Shown: in pieces, positions 49,064 through 59,514 of the stretch
How positions within the stretch are numbered: position 1 is the first letter of the stretch
Layout of the letters: the number at the start of each line of letters is the position of its first letter
From: Candidatus Accumulibacter similis
Lineage (GTDB): Bacteria; Pseudomonadota; Gammaproteobacteria; Burkholderiales; Rhodocyclaceae
Assembly (NCBI GenBank): GCA_013347225.1
Contig: CP054595.1
Span: 1,916,415-1,980,414, forward strand
Reading direction: 5' to 3'
DNA length: 64,000 bases
The notes under the pieces: model-generated
Database searches by the model: none
Told to the model about the DNA's origin: nothing
What the model saw: only the letters and a program-made list of their open reading frames with translations
Translations under genes and position numbers: made by a program

Positions 49064-50302
49064 TCAATCCCGGTCAACGAGGAAACGTTCGAGCAGCGGA
49101 TTGAGAAAGCGTCGACCGCGATCGGTGGGGGCGACCCGTTGCCCGTGTCGTGCAAGCAGTCCTTCGCGCTCGGCCTGCAGCAGTTGCGGCTCGATGTGGC
49201 GCAGCGGCAGGGCGCAGCGCGACTCGAAGAGGGGTACGTCGAAGCCTTCGATCAGGCGCAGCGCATTGAGCATGAATTCGAAGGGCAGGTCGGCGGTGGC
49301 GACGGCGGACTCGTGCTGCACCGGCGTGCCGGCAGCGGCCTGCGCGAGATACTGCTCCGGTCGCCTCCAGCGCATCTGTCGCAGGATACGGTCGGGCAGG
49401 GTCAGCTTGCCGTGCGCGCCGGCGCCGATGCCCAGATAGTCACCGAAGTGCCAGTAGTTGAGGTTGTGCTGGCACTGGCGGCCCGGTTGCGCAAAGGCCG
49501 AGGTCTCGTAATGCCGGTAACCGGCTGTCGCCAGTCTGGCTTCGATCGCGTCCTGCATGTCCGCGCACAGATCGTCCGCCGGCAGCGCCGGCGGGCTGGC
49601 GGCGAAGGCGGTATTGGCTTCGATGCTCAGTTGATAGCACGAGAGGTGGGCCGGTGCGAACGACAATGCCGTCTCGATGTCCGCCAGCGCCTGTTCGAGG
49701 TCCTGCCCGGGCAGCCCGTACATCAGGTCGAGGTTCAGATTGTCGAAGTGACGGGCCGCCACCTCGATCGCCTGCCGTGCCTGGCGCTCGTCGTGGATGC
49801 GGCCGAGCGCCTGCAGGTGCTGCCGATTGAAACTCTGGATGCCGAGCGAAAGGCGGTTGACCCCGGCTGCCCTGAAGGCCGCGAACTTGCTGCTTTCCAT
49901 CGTTCCGGGATTCGCCTCGAGCGTGATCTCGGCACCGGGCAACAGCGGCAGGCGACTGCGCACGGCTGCCAGCAACTCGTCGATCGCCTCGCCCGAGAGC
50001 AGGCTGGGCGTGCCGCCGCCGATGAAGATGCTGTCGACGCGGCGATCCCAGACCAGTGGCAGGGCCGACTCGAGATCGACGATCAGGGCTGCCAGATAGT
50101 CGTCCTGCGGCAGCGTCGCGGGCGCCGCCGCCGTCCCGCCGGTGGCCGACAGCGCATGCGAGTTGAAATCGCAGTACGGGCATTTCTGCACGCACCACGG
50201 AATATGGACGTAGAGCGACAGCGGCGGCTGGCGGCGAAACGCCTGCTGGCCGTGACCGACGGCGAGCACGGGAATGACGGTGCGCTCGCGCGTGGCGGGC
50301 AT
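49064..50302 (-). CDS. hemW: radical SAM heme chaperone HemW (HemN-like)
   Basis: LYVHIPWCVQKCPYCDF (CxxxCxxC) is present. The start overlaps the rdgB stop by 1 nt (TGATG). Confidence 0.9.
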   Translation of the reverse strand: MPATRERTVIPVLAVGHGQQAFRRQPPLSLYVHIPWCVQKCPYCDFNSHALSATGGTAAAPATLPQDDYLAALIVDLESALPLVWDRRVDSIFIGGGTPSLLSGEAIDELLAAVRSRLPLLPGAEITLEANPGTMESSKFAAFRAAGVNRLSLGIQSFNRQHLQALGRIHDERQARQAIEVAARHFDNLNLDLMYGLPGQDLEQALADIETALSFAPAHLSCYQLSIEANTAFAASPPALPADDLCADMQDAIEARLATAGYRHYETSAFAQPGRQCQHNLNYWHFGDYLGIGAGAHGKLTLPDRILRQMRWRRPEQYLAQAAAGTPVQHESAVATADLPFEFMLNALRLIEGFDVPLFESRCALPLRHIEPQLLQAEREGLLARHGQRVAPTDRGRRFLNPLLERFLVDRD

Positions 50303-50889
50303 CAGCGCCGGTTCTGCAGGCGCTCGACGAGGCGGGCCAGAGCCTGGCCCCGGTGCGACCGGCGGTTCTTTTCGGCCGCGTCGAGTTCGGCGGCGGTGCG
50401 CTCGAGTTCGCGCAGGTAGAACACCGGGTCATAGCCGAAGCCATCGTCGCCCCGTGCCTGCGACAGAATCTCGCCCGCCCATTCGCCCTCGGCAATGATC
50501 GGTTGTGGGTCGTCGGCGTGGCGAACGAAGACGATCACCGAGACGAAGCGCGCGCTGCGCTGAGCGTTGTCGCCGAGTTCGGCGAGGAGCTTCTGGTTGT
50601 TGCGTGCATCCGATCGCGGCTCGCCGGCAAAGCGTGCGGAGTGCACACCGGGAGCCCCGCCGAAGGCGTCCACGCACAGTCCGGAGTCGTCGGCGAGCGC
50701 CGGCAGGCCGGTCATCCGCGAGGCGTGGCGGGCCTTGGCGAGGGCATTCTCGACGAAGGTGCAGTGTGGCTCCGCGGTTTCGGCAACGCCAAGCTGCCCC
50801 TGTGGCACGAGTTCCCAGCCGAGCGGCGCGAGGATCGCGTCGAGCTCGGCGAGTTTCTTGTTGTTGTTCGAGGCGAGGACAAGCTTCAT
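50302..50889 (-). CDS. rdgB: dITP/XTP pyrophosphatase
   Basis: [15 protein letters not shown] and [20 protein letters not shown] are present. Confidence 0.93.
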   Translation of the reverse strand: MKLVLASNNNKKLAELDAILAPLGWELVPQGQLGVAETAEPHCTFVENALAKARHASRMTGLPALADDSGLCVDAFGGAPGVHSARFAGEPRSDARNNQKLLAELGDNAQRSARFVSVIVFVRHADDPQPIIAEGEWAGEILSQARGDDGFGYDPVFYLRELERTAAELDAAEKNRRSHRGQALARLVERLQNRR

Positions 50890-51614
50890 GGCAGTTCCCG
50901 CTGGTCGAGAGCAGCCTTCTGCTGGGCAACAAGCTCGACGATGCCCCTTTCGGCGAGGTCGAGCAACTGGTTCATCTCGTCGCGCGAGAAGGGGTTGCCC
51001 TCGGCGGTTCCCTGAACCTCGACCAGGCCTCGCCTGCCGGTCATCACGACGTTCATGTCGGTCTCGCAGTTGGCGTCTTCGGCGTAGTCGAGATCGAGCA
51101 CCGGTACGCCGCGGTAGATCCCCACCGATACCGCTGCGACGTGATCAAGGAGTGGATTGACGGCGATCCGGCCGCGAGCGAGCAATTGCTCACAGGCATC
51201 GTTGAGGGCCAGCCAGGCACCGGTGATCGCTGCGCAGCGGGTGCCGCCGTCGGCCTGCAGGACATCGCAATCGAGGGTGATCTGGCGTTCGCCAAGCGCC
51301 CGCAGATCGGTCACCGCGCGCAGTGCGCGGCCGACCAGCCGCTGGATCTCCTGCGTGCGGCCACTCTGCTTGCCCCTGGCCGCCTCGCGCCCGGTACGTG
51401 TGTGGGTCGAACGCGGCAACATCCCGTATTCGGCCGTTACCCAGCCCTGGCCGCTGCCGCGCAGGAATGGCGGCACACTGTCCTCGACGCTGGCGGTGCA
51501 CAGGACTCGCGTCGCGCCGATCTCGATCAGCACCGACCCCTCGGCGTGACAGGTGAAACTGCGGGCAATTCGCACCGGACGGAGTTGTGACGGCTGTCGC
51601 TGGCTGGGGCGCAT
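50886..51614 (-). CDS. rph: ribonuclease PH
   Basis: It is 242 aa from [30 protein letters not shown] and [19 protein letters not shown] are present. Confidence 0.95.
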   Translation of the reverse strand: MRPSQRQPSQLRPVRIARSFTCHAEGSVLIEIGATRVLCTASVEDSVPPFLRGSGQGWVTAEYGMLPRSTHTRTGREAARGKQSGRTQEIQRLVGRALRAVTDLRALGERQITLDCDVLQADGGTRCAAITGAWLALNDACEQLLARGRIAVNPLLDHVAAVSVGIYRGVPVLDLDYAEDANCETDMNVVMTGRRGLVEVQGTAEGNPFSRDEMNQLLDLAERGIVELVAQQKAALDQRELP

Positions 51615-51622
51615 GCAGGCTC

Positions 51623-52546
51623 CTATTTCGAGTACTTCTGGATGGTCGAACGGATTTCTTCGATGGCGCGCTCGATCTCCTCGTCGCTGAGGTCCGTCTT
51701 GCGGTTCGGGTGGCGCCCGAACTCGTCCAGCCGGGTGGTCACGGTATCGCGCGGCATCGTCTTGGTCGACACCAGGCCACTGCTGCCAAGACCGCTGTCT
51801 TCGCTGTAGGTATCGCCCCAACGTACGGCAATGATCGAGAGATTGTCGGTAGTCGGACCGCCTCGCGTCTCGGCCTGGTTGAGCAGCGTCGGTACCGTCC
51901 GCATCAGGTCTGCGGACTTCAGCGCAACCGCCAGCATGTCTCCCGGAAAAGCGCTCCAGACGCCGTCGGTGCATAGGACGAGCACGTCACCAGCCTCGAG
52001 GGTGGCCTTGCGGGAGTATTCGATCTCCGGTGTCTGCTTGCCCCCCAGGCAGCCATAAATCTTGTTTCGTTCGGGATGGGCGATCATTTCCGTTTCGCTG
52101 ATGACTCCCTGGTCGACCAGCATGCGGACGCGCGAATGGTCCCGGGTCTGCGCCAGAACCTTGCCGTTGCGGATCAGGTAGAGCCGTGAGTCCCCCGAGT
52201 GTGCCCAGTAGGCGACGTTGTTCTGGACGATGCAGGCGACGCAGGTGGTGCGCGGCGAGTCGAGCAGGTGGTGCTTGCCGGCAAAATCCAGAATCGCGTG
52301 ATGGGCATTCTGCATGCCCTTCTGGAGAAACATGAAGGGGTCGCGGGCGCGCGGCTTGAACTCTCCCGGGAAGGCTTCGGTCATCGTCTGCACGGCGATC
52401 TGCGCCGCCACCTCGCCGTAATAGTGGCCTCCCATGCCGTCTGCGACGACCATCAGCAGGGCTTCGCGCGAATAGCAGTAGGCCACTCGATCCTCGTTGT
52501 TGGCGCGCTTGCCCGTCCGTGAATCCTGGTAGATGGTGAATTTCAT
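51623..52546 (-). CDS. PP2C-family Ser/Thr protein phosphatase
   Basis: [15 protein letters not shown] and LCTDGVW are present. The stop lies 8 nt before the rph start. Confidence 0.88.
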   Translation of the reverse strand: MKFTIYQDSRTGKRANNEDRVAYCYSREALLMVVADGMGGHYYGEVAAQIAVQTMTEAFPGEFKPRARDPFMFLQKGMQNAHHAILDFAGKHHLLDSPRTTCVACIVQNNVAYWAHSGDSRLYLIRNGKVLAQTRDHSRVRMLVDQGVISETEMIAHPERNKIYGCLGGKQTPEIEYSRKATLEAGDVLVLCTDGVWSAFPGDMLAVALKSADLMRTVPTLLNQAETRGGPTTDNLSIIAVRWGDTYSEDSGLGSSGLVSTKTMPRDTVTTRLDEFGRHPNRKTDLSDEEIERAIEEIRSTIQKYSK

Positions 52547-53520
52547 TGGTCCCTTGTCTTCCTCAGCTTGCCCACGACCTGCCGCAGCAGACTGTCCTTC
52601 TGCTGCACGGAGGTCCGTTCGGGCGCGATGACGGGTTCGGTGAGTGCTTTCTGCAGCGCGAAAACGCTTTGCGGACGGTAGCCGTGGTTGAGGCTCAGGC
52701 ACCAGTCGATCGTCTCGAGCAACTGATCCGAAAACAGGCCCTGCCAGCGAACCATGGCAGGGACCAGGCGATCCTTCTCCATGCGCTCGTCGGCCGGTTG
52801 CGGCGTGCTGCCCGAGATGCAGGCATACATCGATGCGCCGACGCTGTAGATGTCGCTCCACGGACCGAGGAGTTCGCGGCGGTTGTAGTGCTCGGGCGAG
52901 GCGAAGCCGGGTGTGTACATGGGCTTCAGCATCGGTGTGTCGGAGGCGAGGGTCTGTCTGGCGGCGCCGAAGTCGATCAGCACCGGGGTGTGGCTGTTGC
53001 GCATGTAGATGTTCGACGGCTTCAGGTCGAGGTGCAGCAGGCGGTGCGAATGCACCTCGCGCAGGCCGTTGAGCATCTTGGTGAACACGTTGCGCATGAA
53101 ATTCTCCGTCACCACCGCCCGATTCTTCTGGATCAGGTCCTGCAGTGTGCGCCCGTGTTCGTACTCCATGACCATATAGACGGTATCATTGGCACGGAAA
53201 AAATTGAGCACCCTGATGACGTTGGGATGAGAGAGGCCGGCCAGTGCCCGTCCTTCCTCGAAGAAGCACTTCATGCCGTAGCGGAAGGCGGGTAGATGCT
53301 CCTCCGAAATTATCGGTGCCGTTTGTCCCTCGCTGCGCAGGGCCAGAGTGTTCGGCAGGTACTCCTTGATCGCGACGCGCTTCTGTTCACGGTCCGCAGC
53401 GACGTAAACGATCGAAAAGCCGCCCATCGAGAGCTGGTGTTCGATGCAGTATTCGTCGATCTTGAAACCGGCGGGAAGAGGTTGGTTCGCTTGTTGCGCC
53501 ATCCGTGTCGGGGCTATCAT
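52543..53520 (-). CDS. cytoplasmic Hanks-type Ser/Thr protein kinase (kinase domain only)
   Basis: VAIKEY (Lys), HLDLKPSNI and DFGAAR are present. There is a 4-nt ATGA overlap with the PP2C gene. An alternative start lies at 53502. Confidence 0.85.
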   Translation of the reverse strand: MIAPTRMAQQANQPLPAGFKIDEYCIEHQLSMGGFSIVYVAADREQKRVAIKEYLPNTLALRSEGQTAPIISEEHLPAFRYGMKCFFEEGRALAGLSHPNVIRVLNFFRANDTVYMVMEYEHGRTLQDLIQKNRAVVTENFMRNVFTKMLNGLREVHSHRLLHLDLKPSNIYMRNSHTPVLIDFGAARQTLASDTPMLKPMYTPGFASPEHYNRRELLGPWSDIYSVGASMYACISGSTPQPADERMEKDRLVPAMVRWQGLFSDQLLETIDWCLSLNHGYRPQSVFALQKALTEPVIAPERTSVQQKDSLLRQVVGKLRKTRDQ

Positions 53521-53605
53521 TGGAGTTTCCGGCCATTTTCCGGGTTTTGGGGGTGCGCTGTAAAGCTGCCCACCGATTGATCACCGTCTGTATGCCAGGA
53601 TTCGC

Positions 53606-54472
53606 ATGATCTACAGCATGACCGGCTACGCCGCCAGGACCAGATCCGTCAAGGGGGGCACCCTGCACTTCGAGCTGAAGAGCGTCAACTCGCGCTACCT
53701 GGACGTCGTCTTCCGCGTCAGCGACGAGTTGCGTGTCGCCGAGGCGGCATTGCGCGAGTTGTTGGCCAACCGCATCAGTCGTGGCAAGGTCGAGTGCCGT
53801 GTCAGTTTCGTCTCGGCTGCCGGCGGTGGGCAGCAGCTCGGGCTCAACAACGAGGTGCTTGAACGCCTCAGGTGTTTCGACGAGCAGGTGCGCCGAAGCC
53901 TGCCGCTGGCAGCGCCACTGAGCGTGAGCGATGTCCTGCGCTGGCCCGGGATATTCGGCGAAGACGTGATCGACCTGGCGACCCTGATGCCGGCGTGCCT
54001 GGCACTCGCGGCCGAGTCGCTTGACGATTTCGCAGCCAGCCGGGCGCGCGAGGGGGAGAAACTGGCGGCGGTGATCCGCGAGCGGCTGGCCCGCATGCGC
54101 CTGCTGGTGCACGAGGTGGCGCCGCGCATCCCGGCCGCGCAGGCAGCATTCAACGACAAGCTGCGACAGCGTCTGCTCGACGCGGTGCAGGTCGTCGACG
54201 ACGAACGAATCCGGCAGGAAGTCGCCGTGTTTGCCGCTCGCATCGACGTTGCCGAGGAACTCGCCCGACTGGCGACTCACCTCGACGAAGTCGAACGGGT
54301 CCTCGCGGCCGGCGGAGCGACCGGCAAGCGCCTCGATTTCCTGATGCAGGAACTCAATCGCGAGGCGAACACCCTCGGTTCGAAGTCGCTGGTGGCGGAG
54401 GTGTCGCAGACGGCCATCGAGTTCAAGCTGCTGATCGAGCAGATGCGGGAGCAGGTACAGAACCTCGAGTGA
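53606..54472 (+). CDS. yicC: YicC family stress-induced protein
   Basis: MIYSMTGYA, ELKSVNSRYLD and the C-terminal QELNREANTLGSKS are present. Confidence 0.9.
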   Translation: MIYSMTGYAARTRSVKGGTLHFELKSVNSRYLDVVFRVSDELRVAEAALRELLANRISRGKVECRVSFVSAAGGGQQLGLNNEVLERLRCFDEQVRRSLPLAAPLSVSDVLRWPGIFGEDVIDLATLMPACLALAAESLDDFAASRAREGEKLAAVIRERLARMRLLVHEVAPRIPAAQAAFNDKLRQRLLDAVQVVDDERIRQEVAVFAARIDVAEELARLATHLDEVERVLAAGGATGKRLDFLMQELNREANTLGSKSLVAEVSQTAIEFKLLIEQMREQVQNLE

Positions 54473-54512
54473 ACTCTCGCTTCGGCAGCGCGAATCGGCT
54501 TTCGCCGGCGGC

Positions 54513-54539
54513 GGGCAAGCGGCCGGTGGCCGCTTGCCC
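54513..54539 (+). terminator. 12-bp perfect hairpin after yicC
   Basis: The hairpin is GGGCAAGCGGCC-ggt-GGCCGCTTGCCC. It has no U-tract. Confidence 0.4.
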
Positions 54540-54754
54540 GTCGCGCTGGCGCCAGTTGCTCTTGCTGCAGCGGGCGCAGCGGCAGCCCGATGCGGGCGTG
54601 GCGCGACAAATCGCTCGCCAGGACCGGCGACCGCAGTTGTGCCCGCCCGTTGTCAGCGGCCGACGAGGGTCCCGCCAACGGCTTTCGACACCGCTCCTGC
54701 GGGCCCGGACATCCGGCCGTGCGCAGGGGTCTGGCGCCTGATCTGGAGAGCCTC

Positions 54755-56953
54755 ATGCAAGCTGCCGTGCTGCCCGGAAGCGAACCCTTTGCGCTGCCTC
54801 TGCAGCAGAGGCTGGCACGCGCGTTGGCCGGCATCGACCCGGCGCGTGCGCCGCGCACGCAGCACCGCGACGAGCAGGGCCGGCCCCGCTTCAGCAACCG
54901 GTTGCTGCTGGAGAGCAGCCCGTACCTGTTGCAGCACGCGCACAATCCGGTGAACTGGTTTCCGTGGGGCGACGAGGCCTTTGCTGAAGCGGCGCGTCTC
55001 GGTCGACCGGTATTCCTGTCGATCGGCTATTCGACCTGTCACTGGTGCCACGTCATGGAGAGCGAGTCGTTCGAGGACGAAGAAATCGCTGGCTTCCTGA
55101 ACAGTCACTACGTCGCGGTCAAGGTCGATCGCGAAGAGCGGCCGGACATCGACGCAGTGTACATGAGCGCCGTGCAGCAACTTGCCGGCTCCGGTGGCTG
55201 GCCGATGAGCGTCTGGCTGAGCGCCGCACGCGAGCCCTTCTACGGTGGAACCTACTTCCCGCCGCGCGATGGCGAGCGTGGCGCGCGGCTTGGCTTCCTG
55301 TCACTCCTGCAGGCCCTGTCCGACATCTTCCAGCGCGATCCGCAGCGCGTGCGCCTGGCGTGCACCGCCATGGTGCAGGCGATTCGTCTCGACCTGCACG
55401 GCAGTCCCGCTTCGCCGGCGGCGGCCGGGGAGCCGCCGTTGCCGGGCCGCGATCTGGTCGACGCGACGGTTGAGCATTTCCGCCCGCTTTTCGACGAGGT
55501 CCACGGTGGTCTGCGCCGGTTGCCCAAGTTTCCTTCCCATCTCCCGTTGCGGCTGCTCCTGCGGCACCACCGGCGCAGCGGCGATGCCGGATCGCTGCGC
55601 ATGGCGGTGCTCACCCTGGAGAGGATGGCGGCGGGTGGCCTCTACGATCAGCTGGCCGGTGGTTTTCACCGCTATTCGACCGACGGCGAGTGGCTGCTGC
55701 CGCACTTCGAGAAGATGCTCTACGACAATGCCCTGCTCGTCGTCGCCTACGCCGAGGCCTTCCAGCTCACGGGTCGCGCGGATTTCGCCCGCGTCGTACG
55801 GGAAACCTGCGACTACGTGCTGCGCGAGATGAGCGATGCCGGCGGCGGCTTCCACAGCGCAACCGACGCCGATTCGGAAGGCGTCGAGGGACGTTTCTTC
55901 GTCTGGAGCGAGAGCGAGATCCGTCACGAACTCGCTTCCCTTGGGGAGGCGACGACCCGCCGGTTCCTCGCGCATTACGGTGTTCGTCGTGGCGGCAACT
56001 GGGAGGGGAGCAACATCCTGCACGTTCCGCAGCCCGACGAGCAGGCCTGGGCAGCTCTCGCCGGTGCCCGTGCGCGGCTGCGAGAGGTGCGTGCCAGGCG
56101 TGTTCAGCCCCTGCGTGACGACAAGGTTCTGGCTTCCTGGAACGGCCTGATGATCTCGGCGCTGGCGCTGGCGGGGCGGATTCTCGACCACCACCCCTAC
56201 GTGCTCGCCGCAGCTCGGGCGGCGGATTTTGCGCTGACCGGGCTGCGCGCTCCGGGCGGGCGGCTGCAGCGCTGCTACAAGGACGGGCAGGCGCGACAGG
56301 ATGCCTTCCTCGACGACCACGCCTTTCTCGTCGCTGGCCTCATCGATCTCTACGAGGCGAGCTTCGATCCGCGCTACCTGCGCGAGGCGCTGCTGCTTGC
56401 CGACGCCACCGAGGTCCTGTTCGCCGATCCGGCCGGCGGCTGGTTCATGACCAGTCACGACCACGAGACCCTGATCGCGCGCGAGAAGCCTGCCCACGAT
56501 GGCGCCGAGCCGTCAGGCACATCGGTTGCCCTCATGAATGTGCTGCGACTGGCAACCTTCACCGGCGCCGGTCACTGGCGGCGGATCGCCGAACGTGCCT
56601 TGCTCGCCCATGCGGCGGTTCTCACGGAGCGGCCGTTCAGCATGGGCGAGGCGCTGCTCGCGGTCGAGTTCCACGCCGCCACGGTGCTCGAGATCGTGGT
56701 CGTCTGGCCGGATGGCGCGGCGGCCACGGCGGCTCCGCTGCTCGACATCCTGCGGCGAACCTTTCTGCCGGCGCACGCGCTTGCCGGCGGTGCCGAGTCG
56801 GCGATCGATTCGCTCGCCGACCGTGTCCCCTTCGTGCGCGGCAGGCGTGCCCAGGGGAATCGCGCGACCGTGTATGTCTGCCAGCAGGGCAGCTGCGACC
56901 TGCCGCTGACCGATCCCACAGCCCTGGCAGCGCTGCTGCGCCGGGTTGCCTGA
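54755..56953 (+). CDS. thioredoxin-domain protein, YyaL/SPATA20-like (DUF255 plus six-hairpin glycosidase-like domain)
   Basis: [25 protein letters not shown] and [10 protein letters not shown] are present. The start is uncertain because about 55 aa precede the conserved NRL. Confidence 0.85.
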   Translation: MQAAVLPGSEPFALPLQQRLARALAGIDPARAPRTQHRDEQGRPRFSNRLLLESSPYLLQHAHNPVNWFPWGDEAFAEAARLGRPVFLSIGYSTCHWCHVMESESFEDEEIAGFLNSHYVAVKVDREERPDIDAVYMSAVQQLAGSGGWPMSVWLSAAREPFYGGTYFPPRDGERGARLGFLSLLQALSDIFQRDPQRVRLACTAMVQAIRLDLHGSPASPAAAGEPPLPGRDLVDATVEHFRPLFDEVHGGLRRLPKFPSHLPLRLLLRHHRRSGDAGSLRMAVLTLERMAAGGLYDQLAGGFHRYSTDGEWLLPHFEKMLYDNALLVVAYAEAFQLTGRADFARVVRETCDYVLREMSDAGGGFHSATDADSEGVEGRFFVWSESEIRHELASLGEATTRRFLAHYGVRRGGNWEGSNILHVPQPDEQAWAALAGARARLREVRARRVQPLRDDKVLASWNGLMISALALAGRILDHHPYVLAAARAADFALTGLRAPGGRLQRCYKDGQARQDAFLDDHAFLVAGLIDLYEASFDPRYLREALLLADATEVLFADPAGGWFMTSHDHETLIAREKPAHDGAEPSGTSVALMNVLRLATFTGAGHWRRIAERALLAHAAVLTERPFSMGEALLAVEFHAATVLEIVVVWPDGAAATAAPLLDILRRTFLPAHALAGGAESAIDSLADRVPFVRGRRAQGNRATVYVCQQGSCDLPLTDPTALAALLRRVA

Positions 56954-56960
56954 GCGGGCC

Positions 56961-57626
56961 ATGCCGCAGCCGGGACAGGATGGGTTGCCGGCGGGTGCGG
57001 CGGAGCCGTCGGGGAAGCAACCCGTGCGCTGCTCCTGGTGCCAGCAGTCGGCACTCCTGATCGACTATCACGACCACGAATGGGGCCAGCCCGTCACCGA
57101 CGATCGCCGGCTCTTCGAGAAGATCTGCCTCGAGGCTTTCCAGTCCGGCCTGAGCTGGTTGACGATACTCCGGAAGCGCGAGTCGTTTCGTCAGGCCTTC
57201 GCGGGTTTCGACCCGCAGGGTGTGGCCGCATTCGGCGAACCGGAGGTGGCGCAGCTCCTGCGCAACGAGGCGATCGTCCGCCATCGTGGCAAGATTCTCG
57301 CGACGATCAACAACGCCGGGCGAGCACTGGCGCTGCAGGACGAGTTTGGCAGCCTGTCGGCGTACTTCTGGCGGTTCGAGGTCGACGTCGCCGGCAGGTC
57401 GCAGAACCTGACCCGGGAGTACCTGCAAACGCTCACCCAGAGCCCCGAGTCGGAGGCTCTCGCCAGAGACCTGCGGCAGAGGGGCTGGAAGTTCGTTGGT
57501 CCGACCACGGTCTATGCCTTCATGCAGGCGATGGGTCTGGTGAACGATCATGAGTCCGATTGCGCGGTCGGCCAGGTGTTGCGGGCAGCGCGTCAGGCAA
57601 GGCAGCAACCGCTCGGCGCGTCCTGA
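56961..57626 (+). CDS. tag: DNA-3-methyladenine glycosylase I
   Basis: CSWC...DYHDHEWG and FEKICLEAFQSGLSW are present. Confidence 0.88.
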   Translation: MPQPGQDGLPAGAAEPSGKQPVRCSWCQQSALLIDYHDHEWGQPVTDDRRLFEKICLEAFQSGLSWLTILRKRESFRQAFAGFDPQGVAAFGEPEVAQLLRNEAIVRHRGKILATINNAGRALALQDEFGSLSAYFWRFEVDVAGRSQNLTREYLQTLTQSPESEALARDLRQRGWKFVGPTTVYAFMQAMGLVNDHESDCAVGQVLRAARQARQQPLGAS

Positions 57627-57903
57627 TGATCGGCCAGCCGGTGCCTCGCGGCTACCCGCCCGCTGACGGTCGAGCAACTGCGCCTGGTCCGCTCTGCCAT
57701 CGTCGCTGCCCGTCAGGCGCCAGGTTCGACCGCGTCCGCGTCGCGCGCCAGGCGGATGGGCGAGAACTGCCAGCATGCCGCGGCCGCAGGTGGCAGCCGG
57801 TGGGCGGGTGCCAGGGGAGTGGGCGAGAAGAGGTGCCTGAGGTCGGCGAGAACCAGCTCCTGATGCTGCTGCTGATGCTGCAGTCCGAGGGCAGCGAGCC
57901 AGC

Positions 57904-58182
57904 CTACTCATCATCGTCGCTGTCGCCATCGCGGCGGGGGACCGTTTGGGGGTCACAGGTGATGGCGCGGTAGATCTCGACCCGGTCGCCCGGCCGAAGG
58001 GCCGTGTCGAGCTTCACCAGTCGGCCGAAGACGCCCACCTTCTGCGTCTGCAGGTCAATGCCGGGAAAGGACCGGAGGATCCCGGAGCAGTCGATCGCCT
58101 GACGAACGGTCGACTCGTCAGGCACCTCGATGGTCATCCAGATCTGCTGACCGGCCTCGGAGTACGCGACGCCCACCTGCAT
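57904..58182 (-). CDS. rnfH: RnfH family protein (ubiquitin-like fold)
   Basis: [26 protein letters not shown] and [10 protein letters not shown] are present. It is the last gene of the rnf cluster. Confidence 0.85.
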   Translation of the reverse strand: MQVGVAYSEAGQQIWMTIEVPDESTVRQAIDCSGILRSFPGIDLQTQKVGVFGRLVKLDTALRPGDRVEIYRAITCDPQTVPRRDGDSDDDE

Positions 58183-58213
58183 GACAAAACTCCTTTCGCT
58201 GCTGGCAACCGAC

Positions 58214-58888
58214 TCAGGCGAGCGCCGGAGCCGGCACCGCGCCAACCTTCGCATTCCGCGTGCGCAACTCGCACGCCCGCTTGCCGGCCAGCAACAGGCC
58301 GAGGACGAGAAAGCCGCCCGGCGGCAGGACCATCAGCAGAAAGCCGTCGTAGCCGGGAATCACGGTCAGTTCGATGGCGCGGAACGTGGGTCCCAGCAGC
58401 AGGCTCGCCTGTGCGAAGACGGTACCGCTGCCGAGAAACTCGCGGATCAGGCCGATCAATGTCAGGGCGCCGCTGAAGCCGAGGCCCATGGCCAGACCGT
58501 CGGCGGCCGATGCGGCGACGCTGTTCTTCGAGGCAAAGGCTTCCGCGCGCCCCAGGATGGCGCAGTTCACCACGATCAGGGCGATGAACAGGCCGAGCAC
58601 CTTGTACAGATCGTGCAACCAGGCGTTGAGCCCGAGATCGACGAGGGTCACCAGCGTCGCGATCAGGACGACGAAGACCGGGATGCGTACCTGCGGGCTC
58701 ACCAGCGAGCGGATCGACGCCACCAGAACATTGGACGTGACCAGTACCACCGTCGTCGCCAGGCCCATGCCCAGGCCGTTGGTGCCGCTGGTGGTGACGG
58801 CCATTGCCGGGCAGAGCGCGAGCATCTGGGCAAAGACGACGTTCTGCAGCCACAGACCGTCCTTCAGGGTCTGAACGAGTCGTTTCAT
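58214..58888 (-). CDS. rnfE: electron transport complex subunit RnfE
   Basis: LWLQNVVFAQMLALCPAMAVTT and ALIVVNCAILGRAEAFA are present. Confidence 0.93.
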   Translation of the reverse strand: MKRLVQTLKDGLWLQNVVFAQMLALCPAMAVTTSGTNGLGMGLATTVVLVTSNVLVASIRSLVSPQVRIPVFVVLIATLVTLVDLGLNAWLHDLYKVLGLFIALIVVNCAILGRAEAFASKNSVAASAADGLAMGLGFSGALTLIGLIREFLGSGTVFAQASLLLGPTFRAIELTVIPGYDGFLLMVLPPGGFLVLGLLLAGKRACELRTRNAKVGAVPAPALA

Positions 58889-59514
58889 GGGGTCCGGCCT
58901 CCACGCAGGATTTCCGCGCGGTGCGCGGCAAAAAAGTCGAGTCCTTCCTTGACCGCCTTGACGACGGCGCGCGGCGTGATGGTGGCGCCGGCCATCTGGT
59001 CGAAGACGCCGCCGTCCTTCTTGACCGCCCACTTCTCGGCCGGCAGAGTCGCCAGCGACAGGCCGTTGAACGACAGAATCCACGGTGACTTCGCCAGGTC
59101 GATCTTGTCGCCCAGGCCCGGGGTTTCGGCGTGCTTGAGAACGCGCGCGCCGAGCAGCATGCCGGCACGATCGATGCCGACCAGCACCAGCACATCGCCG
59201 GCGTAGCCGCGTGCCGAGGTCTGGAAGATGGCCGCGGCGATCTCGCCCTGGCGGCGCGCGAGGTAGACCCGCTTGCTGGTCCCGTCGCTGTTGCCGATCT
59301 CCAGCGTGTCGGCCAGCAGGTCGTTGTCGGCGAATCCGTCCGGCAGCACCTGCGCCAGGGATGCCTGGAGATCGCGCGCCTCGGCGGCGACGATCCGCTC
59401 ACGCGTGCCGCTGACGGCGAAGGCCAGGGCCGCGCTGGCGACCAGCGCGATCACGCCGAGCGAAACCCCCTGATAGGCCAGGCGGTCGCGCAGTGCGTCG
59501 ATGGCGAGCTTCAC
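58885..59514 (-). CDS. rnfG: electron transport complex subunit RnfG
   Basis: It has an N-terminal TM segment and the FMN-binding region GVFDQMAGATITPRAV. It overlaps both neighbours by 4 nt. Confidence 0.9.
   Translation of the reverse strand: MKLAIDALRDRLAYQGVSLGVIALVASAALAFAVSGTRERIVAAEARDLQASLAQVLPDGFADNDLLADTLEIGNSDGTSKRVYLARRQGEIAAAIFQTSARGYAGDVLVLVGIDRAGMLLGARVLKHAETPGLGDKIDLAKSPWILSFNGLSLATLPAEKWAVKKDGGVFDQMAGATITPRAVVKAVKEGLDFFAAHRAEILRGGRTP

Noticed and set aside
57627-57903. 277-bp tag/rnfH convergent spacer with the CTGATGCTGCTGCTGATGCTGCAG mini-repeat
   Set aside because: The repeat is short and of low complexity. No frame looks coding. A decayed gene remnant is possible, but I cannot support it from the sequence alone.
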